The notes under the pieces were generated by a model. That model was not told where the DNA came from, ran no database searches, and worked only from the letters and a program-made list of their open reading frames with translations. Of a stretch of DNA of 64,000 bases, positions 1-10,614 are shown piece by piece (position 1 is the stretch's first letter; each line of letters opens with the position of its first letter). This stretch comes from a virus: IMG/VR virus record IMGVR_UViG_3300035698_026482, positions 118,841-182,840 of that record; one strand, given 5' to 3'. A program made the position numbers and the translations under genes.

Positions 1-2396
1 TTATTAAATAGCACAAATCCCGGACCAGGTGTATCTGTGAAATGCTTTGAAACAGTAAATTTCTGACTAATAATGCTCACGTCAGTTGTTACGCCGGGGG
101 CAAATGTTGTATTAACATACACAGTAGCGCTGGTATCAGACCCTGGATTACGTTGTCGAATGATATCTGCATATTTTGATTCAAACGGAAATGATCTGTA
201 CCATTTTGTATTTGTTTCAATATCGCCCGGACCATTAGCTGGGCCAAGATGAATATAATTCCAGTCGTTATTATTCTGATTCCAAACTTCACCGCCATCG
301 ATGACAGTGATTTTTCCTGCCGGCGGTAATAGCGTATCGTAATATCTTTCGTTTGACGTTATAAGGCGAACATTTCTAGAAAGTGAGCCTGTTGACGCTA
401 CGCCTATGGGCCGTGTTGTAACTGTGCTGGCGGCGACGCCTCGTGTATTAACAATCGTGCCATTTACAACGCCGAGTGTTCCCGTGATGATGTCATCAAC
501 ATAGCTTCCCGAAAATACAACTGGAGCTTCAACGTCAAACTGGTCAAGCCCAATGCTATCGAAACTCAGCGTCTCATGGACACTCAGTGACGTAAGGGGC
601 TGATTACCGCCATAATGAAATTCCTTTCGCGCCTTGATAAGCGATCCATACATCGTTAATTCAATGTTACCAGCGCCGATTGCAAAATCATGCGACCCAG
701 ACAATTGTCCTAGAATTAGGTCTGATGCGCTGTGTAATAATTGTACGCTGCCTGTTGCATGTTGATCGCGTACAGGCCTATACTTGCTCACGCTAAGTAT
801 AATTTTGTCGCCGGGCAAAAGCAAATAAGGTGATGCGCTGCTTTTTTCTATTGCAAAAATATCAAGCGATGGATCCGATGTACCTTCATATAGCGGATCA
901 GGCGATGAAGCATAAGAAGGCGCAACATATTCCTTTCCCATGTAACTTCGACCCGAAGGTCGAAGATCCATCGCTCTACCAAATGGATTGATACCATAAA
1001 CTAACGATGTATTAAATGTTGCCTGTTCATATGCGTTTGTCGGAACCTCTGTGTCGCCAGCAATTCCAGTATAACGATGTGATGAAATAACGCCGTTTGA
1101 GACAGCGGCATGAGCATGAAATTCTACTGTACCTGTGAATTGAGAATTTTCATCAGGCGTTATGACGACAGACGGAGTTCCAAATGACAGAAATCCTGCA
1201 GGTGTTGTATGGGCAGCGCCCGGGTCAGGTGCGTCTGTAGTTTGTACAATACCGACGTCCTCAAGATGTGTCATTGTATTCAGTGTAATAATATTATCGC
1301 CGCTTGGAATGATTACACCACTCAGAATTAGTTCCCGACGGTTATTCGCGTCTTGTCGTTGTAATGCAAAAGTAACAGCAGGGCCGCCTACATCTGCTAT
1401 TGCGCCCGTGATGTCTGTTGAGACACCAACTGATTCACCGTATGTATAAGCTAAAAATTGCGTTTGTGTGTAATCCTGAAACCATGTCGGGCCAGCCTGG
1501 ATCGGTAATTTAACATGCACCTTTTCCAACAAAAATGGATGCTGTATTTGGTTTAGCGTGACTTGTTGATTATTCGTCGCCGCTAGCCTTTCGTTCAACA
1601 GGGCCGAGTCAGGACCTATAGTTGAAAGCAACGTATTCATAACACCATTTTCAACATCAATAGCCGAAGTGTCGCCGAAATTTGTTCCCCCCAATTTATT
1701 GGTACCTGAAATAATGTTATTTCCGAACGGTCCAAATAAACGTGCATCAGTGCCGCCAAAGTTCACAATCGAGACATCACTATGCCACGATCCAAGGGCG
1801 CCAACATTAAGTGGTTTTCCAAGATCGCCAGGGTTAGTAACAGCATCACTATTACCAGCTCCCGCTAATTCAAATGTAGCATCAACTTCATTATAATATA
1901 TCATTGATGCTGTCGTTGACAACATCGTATACGCAGACGCAACTGGTAGTGTTAACCTTAACGTTGTTTTGGATGCCAGTCGGGATTCAAACCCGGGACC
2001 AACCAATAGAGGATCAGTTCCCGTTAAATAAAAATCAGTAAAACGACCCTGTTCAGGTAATTGTGACTCAACAAATGCGCCTAATGCTTGGACGACTGTT
2101 GATTGTGTAATTAGCGAATCACTAACGCCTGCAGTTACACTGCCTGATACGTTTATAAACTTCCCAGTTGGGTTCAGTGCTGAGTCATAATGTACCGAAT
2201 CGCTTGACAAACGCTGTGGAAATGCTACGTTGCTCGCGGTCGTATAGACAATTGTTCGTCTATCATCGAATGGATCATTTTGCACTCCATTACGCGTTCT
2301 ATCTCCCGTTCTTTTAATTGTGGGAAATGTGCCTGCCTTATTATCACGCATGCGCTGTAACAAACGTGGCGGAACGCCTCTAAATGGTGTGCTCAT
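1..2396 (-). CDS. Virion structural protein, partial (runs off left edge; absent from ORF track)
   Basis: ATG at 2396 (MSTPFRGVPPRLLQRMRDNKAGTFPTIKRTGD...), 3 nt after the stop of the upstream gene; frame open at spot checks (~1870, 3-20); last gene of the baseplate-side operon. Confidence 0.7.
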   Translation of the reverse strand, partial: MSTPFRGVPPRLLQRMRDNKAGTFPTIKRTGDRTRNGVQNDPFDDRRTIVYTTASNVAFPQRLSSDSVHYDSALNPTGKFINVSGSVTAGVSDSLITQSTVVQALGAFVESQLPEQGRFTDFYLTGTDPLLVGPGFESRLASKTTLRLTLPVASAYTMLSTTASMIYYNEVDATFELAGAGNSDAVTNPGDLGKPLNVGALGSWHSDVSIVNFGGTDARLFGPFGNNIISGTNKLGGTNFGDTSAIDVENGVMNTLLSTIGPDSALLNERLAATNNQQVTLNQIQHPFLLEKVHVKLPIQAGPTWFQDYTQTQFLAYTYGESVGVSTDITGAIADVGGPAVTFALQRQDANNRRELILSGVIIPSGDNIITLNTMTHLEDVGIVQTTDAPDPGAAHTTPAGFLSFGTPSVVITPDENSQFTGTVEFHAHAAVSNGVISSHRYTGIAGDTEVPTNAYEQATFNTSLVYGINPFGRAMDLRPSGRSYMGKEYVAPSYASSPDPLYEGTSDPSLDIFAIEKSSASPYLLLPGDKIILSVSKYRPVRDQHATGSVQLLHSASDLILGQLSGSHDFAIGAGNIELTMYGSLIKARKEFHYGGNQPLTSLSVHETLSFDSIGLDQFDVEAPVVFSGSYVDDIITGTLGVVNGTIVNTRGVAASTVTTRPIGVASTGSLSRNVRLITSNERYYDTLLPPAGKITVIDGGEVWNQNNNDWNYIHLGPANGPGDIETNTKWYRSFPFESKYADIIRQRNPGSDTSATVYVNTTFAPGVTTDVSIISQKFTVSKHFTDTPGPGFVLFN

Positions 2397-2399
2397 AAA

Positions 2400-3275
2400 T
2401 TAGTCCCCGATAGCCTTATAGCGCGTCAGACCACCAAATGCAATTGAATTGGTGCCACATGGCGAATCATGATAAACGCTACCGGCGGTTGTTGATGTAT
2501 TTCTAGATAATGCTTCAGAGACGGTTGATCCCGACAACTGCATTAACGCTGTCATAAAATGTTCGCGCCCAGAACCTGACATAATTGTGCTCTTCGCAAG
2601 TGATGGTGTAACACCCCTAGTTTCGTCAAATGGTACTATCAACGTTTTTATTTCAGGACGTGGCACTGTTGCTTCAGGAAGATCTGATCCCGTTGTATTA
2701 ATAATAATCCTAGGAAACGATGCTGCCAAGGTACCCACGTCGATAAACGGGCTCAATACAGATGGAGCATCGAAAGTTTTTTCCTGCAATACATTGTCAC
2801 CCGCACGGTGACGATTGATATTACCTCCAGTAAATTGGCCACGAAATTGCTTTGTTACGATATCCCGACCTGGATATAACACATTATTTCTAATTTCAAA
2901 TGTTTCAATTGCTCCGTCAAACGACTCAATTAATCCATCATCGTCGCCAGCGCCTACGAATGCATCTGTAACAGAAATACCACCACTCGCGAAGTGATCA
3001 ATTACAGCTTCAATGTTAAATTGACTCTTATTATCAGCAAACGGATCACCATCGGAATACATTCCTGGCACACCAAATACTTGTCTTATAAGATGATGAT
3101 TAAGGTTGCCTGCCCAAATCTTGGGTTGTGTACCACAATAACGGTGCTTGTTGGACCTCAGGGAAACACCCTGACGTACACAATCAATCAGCGAAGTATC
3201 AATACCACCAGACGCGGGTACATCGTCGGTTCTATTATTCGATTTTTCAACGTATGGTGGATGTACGGCAGCCAT
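2400..3275 (-). CDS. Hypothetical virion-associated protein (291 aa)
   Basis: Long ORF, TAATG overlap with upstream LamG gene, structural context. Confidence 0.6.
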   Translation of the reverse strand: MAAVHPPYVEKSNNRTDDVPASGGIDTSLIDCVRQGVSLRSNKHRYCGTQPKIWAGNLNHHLIRQVFGVPGMYSDGDPFADNKSQFNIEAVIDHFASGGISVTDAFVGAGDDDGLIESFDGAIETFEIRNNVLYPGRDIVTKQFRGQFTGGNINRHRAGDNVLQEKTFDAPSVLSPFIDVGTLAASFPRIIINTTGSDLPEATVPRPEIKTLIVPFDETRGVTPSLAKSTIMSGSGREHFMTALMQLSGSTVSEALSRNTSTTAGSVYHDSPCGTNSIAFGGLTRYKAIGD

Positions 3276-6200
3276 TAATACCTTTTTATCTGTCCTGTGA
3301 TTAATCGAAGAAGTAAGGTGCCCTTGAGACCATGTCGATTGTTAATTCCAATATACACGTCTTCGTACTGATATTGGAATTTGGGGCGCTCAAGCATATG
3401 TGATTCTACCACGAAACTCGTTCCAAGGAAACGTGTTTTCCTTGGAATTAACTGCTCAATAAACATTCCAACAGATGCATCAAACCACTTAAAGAACTCA
3501 AAGAACGCCTTAAGATTAACTTTATCAGTTAGGCGATTGAAATAGATATCACGTAGCTCTTGCAGACTTGGATAATCTTCTGCAAAAATCAGTTCAGGAT
3601 CACCAATTGCATTATCTAGAGAATCAAGTGTTGCAAAAATATTGATCATATCCTCATTTAACGAATCAACAATCGAAATATCAATCGCAAATCGTGGATC
3701 ATCTTCAGGAATTTCGCTAGGAGGTGATTCAAAAATGGGCGAAACCTGACCTCCATAACGTTGAACATTTTCAAAACTTTGAAAGCTCCTAATTCTTACT
3801 TTATTATTTGTAACAGCTTCGTCAAACTTTGGTGAAATAATGCTGTAGCGAAACGTTTCAGGTAGAATGATGGCTGTTGATGCTTGAAAGCCGGAACCTG
3901 TCAGATGCAACCCATTTTGCGAGAAATCAAAAATCGAAAGCTCGCCGGCGCCGTTAGATTGCGTAACTATTTGATCAGTTGATGCATCAATTCGTATGCG
4001 TTCAAATGATCCAGATTCAGTTGTTATGAAATTGAAGTTTTTTAGTGGATTCTCGACGCCAAGCGAACGATAATTCTGTGCATGTTCTCTAGTTTCATTA
4101 AGTGTTAAGCCCTTCGACCAAAAACGTAAATGCCCTAAACGACCGTTAAACGCAACAACTGTTTCATCTGTTCCAGTAAGAAATTCAGAAGAAGTATCAA
4201 AAGTTTGCAATCCGTATCCAAGCGTGGGACCTTGTGCATTATACGTTGCTGTTATATGTTGCAGCGTATTCATATCTTGGTTACTTGACGCATTCTCAAG
4301 AAACAATGATGATGTCACATGTTCTTCGTAGATTGTACCATTTGATTGACGAATTGCCCTAATAAAATACGATGATGAAAAATTCGATTCAAGTTCTGCA
4401 GCTGGTTCATCGTTTCTATTTCTGCCAAAAGATACATGCCATTGTTCGCCATCGTATACGTTGACGCCAGTTAATTGTAATTGTAGCTTGTTTGCATCAT
4501 TACCGAAACCCGGCTTACCGTATAGCGTTAACGACGCAGAATTAGGCATCGATGATGAAAGGGCAAGAAGGTTGAACGTCAGTCCATATGCCGTCAATGC
4601 CGATCCAGTGACGGTCATGCGCGCTAGGCTTTGTGTCGTTGCATTAGCGCTAGTAATGGGAAATCTATAAATCCCCTCAACAGTCCAGGAACCTGATGTG
4701 AAGCAACCATCATCAGGTGATGATGAAACGAGCGGCCAGCCTGGCTCGACTCTTGTACCTGATAACGGTGGAGAAACTAGCGAGAAGGTATCTTCTGATC
4801 CCGAAGTTTCTAATAACGTTGATACGTTTGTTTTATTTTCACGAGAGGCTCCTAACTTACCTACCTTTGGGCCCCCGAATTCTCTAATTCTAAAATTCTG
4901 ATCAGGCTCAATGCCAAGCGTTCTAATAAACGACTTAACGCTATGAATTGTACCTTTCGACCGAACAATTTCAGTTAAATTCGCCAAAATTCGACGCCAA
5001 ATTTCGTTTTGTACTTGCTGTAAAGAAAGTTCGCCGACACTGGCGGTGCGATCTAGATTATCTGCATTGATAAATTGTTCAAATGTAGCATTTGAAAACA
5101 TACCTGGAAGCTCAAATCCATAGTATGACGCAACAAACGGTAGCAATTGATCTGGCGCAACGTCGAAGTCTTCGTAATCGACAAAGATTGATTTACCGAA
5201 GGCGTCAAGAAATAATTTGACCTCATCGAAGTGTTTTGCAATTGTGTACAAGAACGCAGATAGTAGTTGTGCAGTACCGAGCTCACCCTCGCCAGGGATA
5301 CCATCACCGCCGTATTCATCGCCGATGTTCCCGTCTTCGGTTTCTAGTGCCTCATATGCCTGGCCTTCCAGGAAGTAATGTTTTGGAACTAGCTTCGTGA
5401 TTAAATTTGGATTTTCATCATCGTATGTGCTAGCAGTTAAAAGCAGTGATGAGTTTAGATCGGCGACAGCACCATATGACGGGAAAAGAACCGGGCTATT
5501 TGACAGCCTCTCATGAGTCATAGGATTGACCAGGGAGCCTGTCTCGCGTAGGGCTATGGAATATCCACCCTCATTAATATAAGAGTGGAGGGACTGTCCT
5601 GAGCTGTCTAGGACGATCCTATTGGTGCTATCACCTGACGTCGAAGCGAGGGACCCAGAAGGTTCGTTGAATTTGTAATATAGGCGTAAATTGTCTTGCG
5701 CGAAAATCGATTTTTTAGCATACGCAACCTGATCAGTCAATGTTCTAATATCATGGAAAATTCTTAGTTCATCTAACGATCCAGACAATGTCGCGGCAGG
5801 TACAAAGCTTCCCGTTGTTGTATCGGTGATTGAACCAGAGCCAATATACATCGATGATAGGGTGAAATCTATGGTCCCCATGTTTATGCTAGTCGAGCTT
5901 GTTGCGATCAATTGCTCATTGGCATAAAGATATAACTTGTTTTCTCCGGGTTCGCGATCATATGCAGCGACGAGGTGTGTGAACGCGCCCTTATCAATAG
6001 CACCTGTTACTGATATTAGCGCTGACGCGCTAGCAAATGCTAGCATTACATTCGCCTTATTCGTTGATCCAGTCGCAACCAGTCCTAGTGTGAACCCGTT
6101 GTTCGAACCTGACAACTTTTGTAAGATGACTTGGTTGTCATTTATCCCTGTTGGCACATGCAATTGCATTTCAAATGCCATCGAACCAAGCCCTGGATCT

Positions 6201-6703
6201 AATGCAGAACGTCCCGTCTGCGTTTTAGATAATGCTGGAAATGTAACGCCTGCGTGATCTATTACTTCAATATATGATCCGCACGACGCTCCCGTCGAAC
6301 CGGAAAAATTTAGATAACCAATATTCTTTGGGAACTCATCATAAACCCATTTTTCAAATCCTGTCAGTCCATCGAAAAAAGCTTCCAGTTCTTTTCTTGA
6401 TCCGTCAAATGGAAATTTGTTGATAATAGCCTCAAACGCCACATTGACAGCAACTTCAGCGGAGTTAAAGAAAACATGATTTTGAAACTGTGACCAATCA
6501 ACGCGTAATTGCTGTGTTGATTTCATACCCGTGCCGGGTGGGTCATATCTAAACGACGTAGAGCTAAGCAGATTGGTGTCTTCAAAATCACTTAAACTAT
6601 ACTTTTGTATTGAGGCACCCTTTTCTAATGCCGCCCTAGTAAAGGCAGGTACAAAAACACCTGGTCTATCAAACTTAAGTACGTTGTCGCTATTGTCGCC
6701 CAT
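3275..6703 (-). CDS. Large virion/baseplate-tail protein with LamG (concanavalin A-like) domains (1142 aa)
   Basis: LamG-like motifs (FTHLVAAYD...LYLYANEQLIAT...GSLDELRIF; YDGEQWHVSF...GRLGHLRFWSKGLT); tail-like segment (EIWRRILANL...KGTIHSVKSF). Confidence 0.75.
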   Translation of the reverse strand: MGDNSDNVLKFDRPGVFVPAFTRAALEKGASIQKYSLSDFEDTNLLSSTSFRYDPPGTGMKSTQQLRVDWSQFQNHVFFNSAEVAVNVAFEAIINKFPFDGSRKELEAFFDGLTGFEKWVYDEFPKNIGYLNFSGSTGASCGSYIEVIDHAGVTFPALSKTQTGRSALDPGLGSMAFEMQLHVPTGINDNQVILQKLSGSNNGFTLGLVATGSTNKANVMLAFASASALISVTGAIDKGAFTHLVAAYDREPGENKLYLYANEQLIATSSTSINMGTIDFTLSSMYIGSGSITDTTTGSFVPAATLSGSLDELRIFHDIRTLTDQVAYAKKSIFAQDNLRLYYKFNEPSGSLASTSGDSTNRIVLDSSGQSLHSYINEGGYSIALRETGSLVNPMTHERLSNSPVLFPSYGAVADLNSSLLLTASTYDDENPNLITKLVPKHYFLEGQAYEALETEDGNIGDEYGGDGIPGEGELGTAQLLSAFLYTIAKHFDEVKLFLDAFGKSIFVDYEDFDVAPDQLLPFVASYYGFELPGMFSNATFEQFINADNLDRTASVGELSLQQVQNEIWRRILANLTEIVRSKGTIHSVKSFIRTLGIEPDQNFRIREFGGPKVGKLGASRENKTNVSTLLETSGSEDTFSLVSPPLSGTRVEPGWPLVSSSPDDGCFTSGSWTVEGIYRFPITSANATTQSLARMTVTGSALTAYGLTFNLLALSSSMPNSASLTLYGKPGFGNDANKLQLQLTGVNVYDGEQWHVSFGRNRNDEPAAELESNFSSSYFIRAIRQSNGTIYEEHVTSSLFLENASSNQDMNTLQHITATYNAQGPTLGYGLQTFDTSSEFLTGTDETVVAFNGRLGHLRFWSKGLTLNETREHAQNYRSLGVENPLKNFNFITTESGSFERIRIDASTDQIVTQSNGAGELSIFDFSQNGLHLTGSGFQASTAIILPETFRYSIISPKFDEAVTNNKVRIRSFQSFENVQRYGGQVSPIFESPPSEIPEDDPRFAIDISIVDSLNEDMINIFATLDSLDNAIGDPELIFAEDYPSLQELRDIYFNRLTDKVNLKAFFEFFKWFDASVGMFIEQLIPRKTRFLGTSFVVESHMLERPKFQYQYEDVYIGINNRHGLKGTLLLRLITGQIKRY

Positions 6704-6712
6704 TAAATTCCG

Positions 6713-8257
6713 TTATGGCATCACTCTAAATGATGGAAGGTTTTGATCAATCACAATATCTTCACCGTGTTCGCGGATTAAAAATTCAAAGCCGTACACT
6801 CGGCCGATCGATAGATCACTTGGGAAGAAATCAAAGAACATACCTCTTGAATCAGTTGAAAGGCGTGTCGAATTTGTTGTTGTGTCCCAAGGGATAACTA
6901 CCTCGCCAGAATAAACATCAATAACGCGCCAATACATTTGCTCGACCATTGTACCCGTCCGTCTAACTGGCAGCTTGGAGAAAAATAGTCCATCCTCAAT
7001 GCTAGAATCAAAAACTGTTACTCTGATGCGTGGCTGCTCTGCGGAAGTATATGAAACCTGCATGTTACCTACGCCTACTGAATAGCTTCGTGCCCCCGCA
7101 ATGTATGAATTGGCGTTCGACGTTAGTACACTTAAGCTTCCTGTTTTAAACGCGATGGTGCCGTCATTTGACCCCCAGACAGTTGTAAATGATGCGGATT
7201 GCGCTGCTTGAACCTCACGAATTAATGCTGAATCATATGATGATAGCGCAAAATTGGCAACGTAGACTCCTGTTACAAAATTCCCGCCGTAGCTAAACTG
7301 ATCAACACTGTATGATGAAGTAAAGGATGAGGAAGCAGGCGGGGCTATTGCGCCACTTATAAGCTTTAGCGTCATTGCCGATGTACCAATAAGGGGTGAT
7401 GCGGCGGCGCCTGATACAAAATTCGCAGGTTGCCCACGAACTGAATTGAAGATGAACAGCGATCCTGATGTATCAAACACGAAATTCGAATGATTGTCGT
7501 GGTATGACTCGTCGTAACGTACGATCAATTTTGGCGCAAGGCGAGGATTCGACACGTGTCGAGAGGCAAACCTCTTGACAAAAAGCGAACTAGATGTGTT
7601 TTCAACAGTATTTGTGAAAGAAATGCGATACCCCTCATCAGGAATAATTCCTGCAAGTGTCGCAGATACAATGTTGGTTACGTCAACTTCTAGATCCTCT
7701 TCGCCTGTCGCAAAATTCTGCGTCTTAAGCAAACTAACGACGCCTCCGCCATCAAGAAGATTGCCTGTATCGATAATATCAATATTGCTGGCGCCTAAAG
7801 TGCCAGATGCATTGGCGCCAGGCAGATTCCAGACAATTTGTCCATTAGAGACTGAAGAGGTTATCCAGTTACATGCATCTAGATCGGAATATATTCCCAC
7901 ATCACGACCTACGCCTTCGTCAAAGCTCATCGACAGTGGGTATATCGCTGTCGTAAAATTCGATGGAACAGGTTGACCGCCGACTAAATCACGAAGGCGA
8001 ATATGTGCCGTGAATGATGGATCGCTTATATCAAGAATTGAGCCTGTTAATGCCCTAAGCTGATTTAAATCAAAGTGAACTAAAATTCTTGAGTATTCAA
8101 ATGGTTGGGTTTCACTAGAAATTTTGCTTTCATCCCACAGTTTAAATAAGTCAAGCGTAGCAGCATAACCTGTATTCGCATCTGTCGCACGATAGGAATT
8201 GTTGATAATCCTATTTGTCACATATGCATCTTTTGTGCATTTTAATAAACGATACAT
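6713..8257 (-). CDS. Virion structural protein (514 aa), N-terminal DNRLRE-like beta domain
   Basis: KDAYVT...YSRILVHFDL...FASRHVSNPRLAPKLIVRYD pattern; TAATG-coupled to baseplate wedge gene. Confidence 0.6.
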   Translation of the reverse strand: MYRLLKCTKDAYVTNRIINNSYRATDANTGYAATLDLFKLWDESKISSETQPFEYSRILVHFDLNQLRALTGSILDISDPSFTAHIRLRDLVGGQPVPSNFTTAIYPLSMSFDEGVGRDVGIYSDLDACNWITSSVSNGQIVWNLPGANASGTLGASNIDIIDTGNLLDGGGVVSLLKTQNFATGEEDLEVDVTNIVSATLAGIIPDEGYRISFTNTVENTSSSLFVKRFASRHVSNPRLAPKLIVRYDESYHDNHSNFVFDTSGSLFIFNSVRGQPANFVSGAAASPLIGTSAMTLKLISGAIAPPASSSFTSSYSVDQFSYGGNFVTGVYVANFALSSYDSALIREVQAAQSASFTTVWGSNDGTIAFKTGSLSVLTSNANSYIAGARSYSVGVGNMQVSYTSAEQPRIRVTVFDSSIEDGLFFSKLPVRRTGTMVEQMYWRVIDVYSGEVVIPWDTTTNSTRLSTDSRGMFFDFFPSDLSIGRVYGFEFLIREHGEDIVIDQNLPSFRVMP

Positions 8258-10101
8258 TAGACTGCACTTCCGATTATGTCGATGTTTGGAAAGCGTACTT
8301 CAAAAATTCCGCCAGGGGCAGGAAAAATATGGTCTTTCAGTGTATTACTTTGGACGTCATACTGAACACCGCTATAAACATTTCCGTTTACTGTACCGGT
8401 TAGATTTCTAATCTTTAGTCCAGTTACAGAAATTACACCCGCATTATTGTAAACAAGGTTGCGAACGTCTGATAGCGAAATTGGCTGATCAATTTGTCTT
8501 TCACGAATATCCAAAAATTTTCTTATGCGTTGATTTATCGTTTGAATGACAAGCGGCCTATTTGCCGTCGGTGAAACGGCGACTTGATATTCTACACGAA
8601 TATTGATAACAGGTGAATCAAGCACATCGACAGCATCAGAGATCATACGAAATGGATTTAAGTACTGTCGTAGATTTAACTTGAGACTGTCTGGTGCATG
8701 CGTCAAGCGACCCTGCGCATCCCGGCTAATAACATGTAGCTGTGTTGCAAGTGGGTTGTTTGGGTTTGATCTTACGCCGGCTCTAAATACACGACCGAAA
8801 CTAGATGGCAGGGTGTATACACGTGCTAATAAGTCAGGTGCTGTAACGATTCTTGATTGTGCGTTTCTAAACGCGGGTATTCTTGACCGAAGCTCATTGA
8901 TGGTTGGGGCAGAGTCACCACCAAGTGCGCCCTTGTTGTTAGTAGTACCGATTGATGATCTTACACGGGCTGCCTCCGCGGCAGTTGGTCCACTTGGGAA
9001 CCGCATCCTGAGATCTGTGGGGGTTCTTAACGTGCCGGCAGGTGCATTATGTGAAAGTCCGCCACCGTATCTATAATATATTGATAATGTCGTGTTGACA
9101 GGCGCCACACCTAGCGTTTGCGTTCGTAGTAGGCTTGATGGATCAAGCGAAAACCTAGGAAACGTACGTTTACCAAATAAGGGTAACGCTAACTCACTTG
9201 GATCGGGAATATTATCGGTGTCGTACGAATTCGCTTCGCCTGCGCCGAATCGCAATGACGTTATTCGACCGTCTAATGTTGTCTCTGTTGTAAAGCGAAA
9301 TGGCGCAGCTATCAACTCAAGATTATCTGGTACTTCGTCTCGGTCTGAGGCCAAATTGGTGACCCGTCGAAATACTGTGTCCTGTGTTAATGATGTGACT
9401 TCATAATAACTGTTGCCTTCAGCGTCTTTGCACGAAATAATCCCAGTCACGTTTTCATTGCCTAGAGTAATCGTCCTAAACGCCTTAAACGTTGACGGTA
9501 TTGTGACTGTCTCGGTAGCTCTAAATCCTGATACGGCTGGTCCCTCAAGCGATATAATAAAGCGTGTAGGAATACCGTCAGCGGATGCAGATGAGACAAC
9601 GATTTTTGCGTTTAATTCACCGATCGCATTGCGCTTAGTGAAATCAACGTCTTCAGTTAATTCAAAACGTACACCATTGTTGGCTTCAATAATCGTGCCG
9701 GCCAAAACTATAGGCAACTGCGCAGCTTTTGGTTCATATATCGACCCATTTCGCTGTGCATCCACTTCAAATGCGAATAAAATGTCAACAGCTGCCGGTG
9801 AGGCGCCTGTAATTTCGACGCCAGCAGCTTTAAGATGGCGCTCAATATTCGCTGTTTCAACTGCAGAGTCTGCATCAAGTTCACCGAATTGGTGATCGAG
9901 ATAATACGACATGTTATCGCCGACATATGATGCAATCTCGATGAACATGCCGCCCAGACCAGTTTCTGACAAGTCATTGATACGCTCTGGCGAGAAAAAT
10001 GTGTGAGCATACTGCGTTAACGCAATTCTAAACCCCTCAAAATCCTTCACTAAAAAGCGACGAGGCCTGTTATAGCGTATTTGGTTTTTTGTATCTGCCA
10101 T
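8257..10101 (-). CDS. Baseplate wedge subunit (T4 gp6 / baseplate J-like)
   Basis: KDFEGFRIAL...GMFIEIASYVGDNMSYYLD N-terminus; YRYGGG...ALGGDSAPTINELR...QSRIVTAPD motif typical of gp6-like wedge proteins. Confidence 0.85.
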   Translation of the reverse strand: MADTKNQIRYNRPRRFLVKDFEGFRIALTQYAHTFFSPERINDLSETGLGGMFIEIASYVGDNMSYYLDHQFGELDADSAVETANIERHLKAAGVEITGASPAAVDILFAFEVDAQRNGSIYEPKAAQLPIVLAGTIIEANNGVRFELTEDVDFTKRNAIGELNAKIVVSSASADGIPTRFIISLEGPAVSGFRATETVTIPSTFKAFRTITLGNENVTGIISCKDAEGNSYYEVTSLTQDTVFRRVTNLASDRDEVPDNLELIAAPFRFTTETTLDGRITSLRFGAGEANSYDTDNIPDPSELALPLFGKRTFPRFSLDPSSLLRTQTLGVAPVNTTLSIYYRYGGGLSHNAPAGTLRTPTDLRMRFPSGPTAAEAARVRSSIGTTNNKGALGGDSAPTINELRSRIPAFRNAQSRIVTAPDLLARVYTLPSSFGRVFRAGVRSNPNNPLATQLHVISRDAQGRLTHAPDSLKLNLRQYLNPFRMISDAVDVLDSPVINIRVEYQVAVSPTANRPLVIQTINQRIRKFLDIRERQIDQPISLSDVRNLVYNNAGVISVTGLKIRNLTGTVNGNVYSGVQYDVQSNTLKDHIFPAPGGIFEVRFPNIDIIGSAV

Positions 10102-10578
10102 TTAGCCTCCTAAGAAGAAATTCAATTCCAGAGATTGACCAATAATATTTCGTGATGGAACATTATATTTGATCAAAATGTTGACGCGACCTACGCTGTC
10201 TTCATCATGTTGAATAATTTTAGATTCGAAACTGTCCAAGATGATAAAAGGCATATACTTGTCGGTAGTTCTTTTTACACGAAGCATCGCCTCAGAATCA
10301 AAATCGTCAGGCGAGGCACGCTCAAGCGCCAGACGTTGTAGATCGGCGCCAATATCAACCTGTATTACACGGTCACCCCTATTTGTCAGCAAAAGATTTC
10401 TAAAATTATCTTTGATCTGGTCGGTGATATTTTTATGCATTTTAAAAATGCCGTCAGCGTCGTTCCCTGCGCGTAGCGGAGTCATAATACCAATTGGTAC
10501 AACAACAGCATCATTTTTGATCCGTTGATTATGCGTTTCGGTTTTTTCGCCGACACTTTTGAATGAAATAGAAGCCAT
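10102..10578 (-). CDS. Baseplate wedge protein, gp25/GPW-like
   Basis: QIKDNFRNLLLTNRGDRV...DIGADL...KYMPFI gp25-family motif, adjacent to wedge gene. Confidence 0.85.
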   Translation of the reverse strand: MASISFKSVGEKTETHNQRIKNDAVVVPIGIMTPLRAGNDADGIFKMHKNITDQIKDNFRNLLLTNRGDRVIQVDIGADLQRLALERASPDDFDSEAMLRVKRTTDKYMPFIILDSFESKIIQHDEDSVGRVNILIKYNVPSRNIIGQSLELNFFLGG

Positions 10579-10614
10579 TGGACAACGCTAAATATCTTGC
10601 CTTTGCAAGCCTGA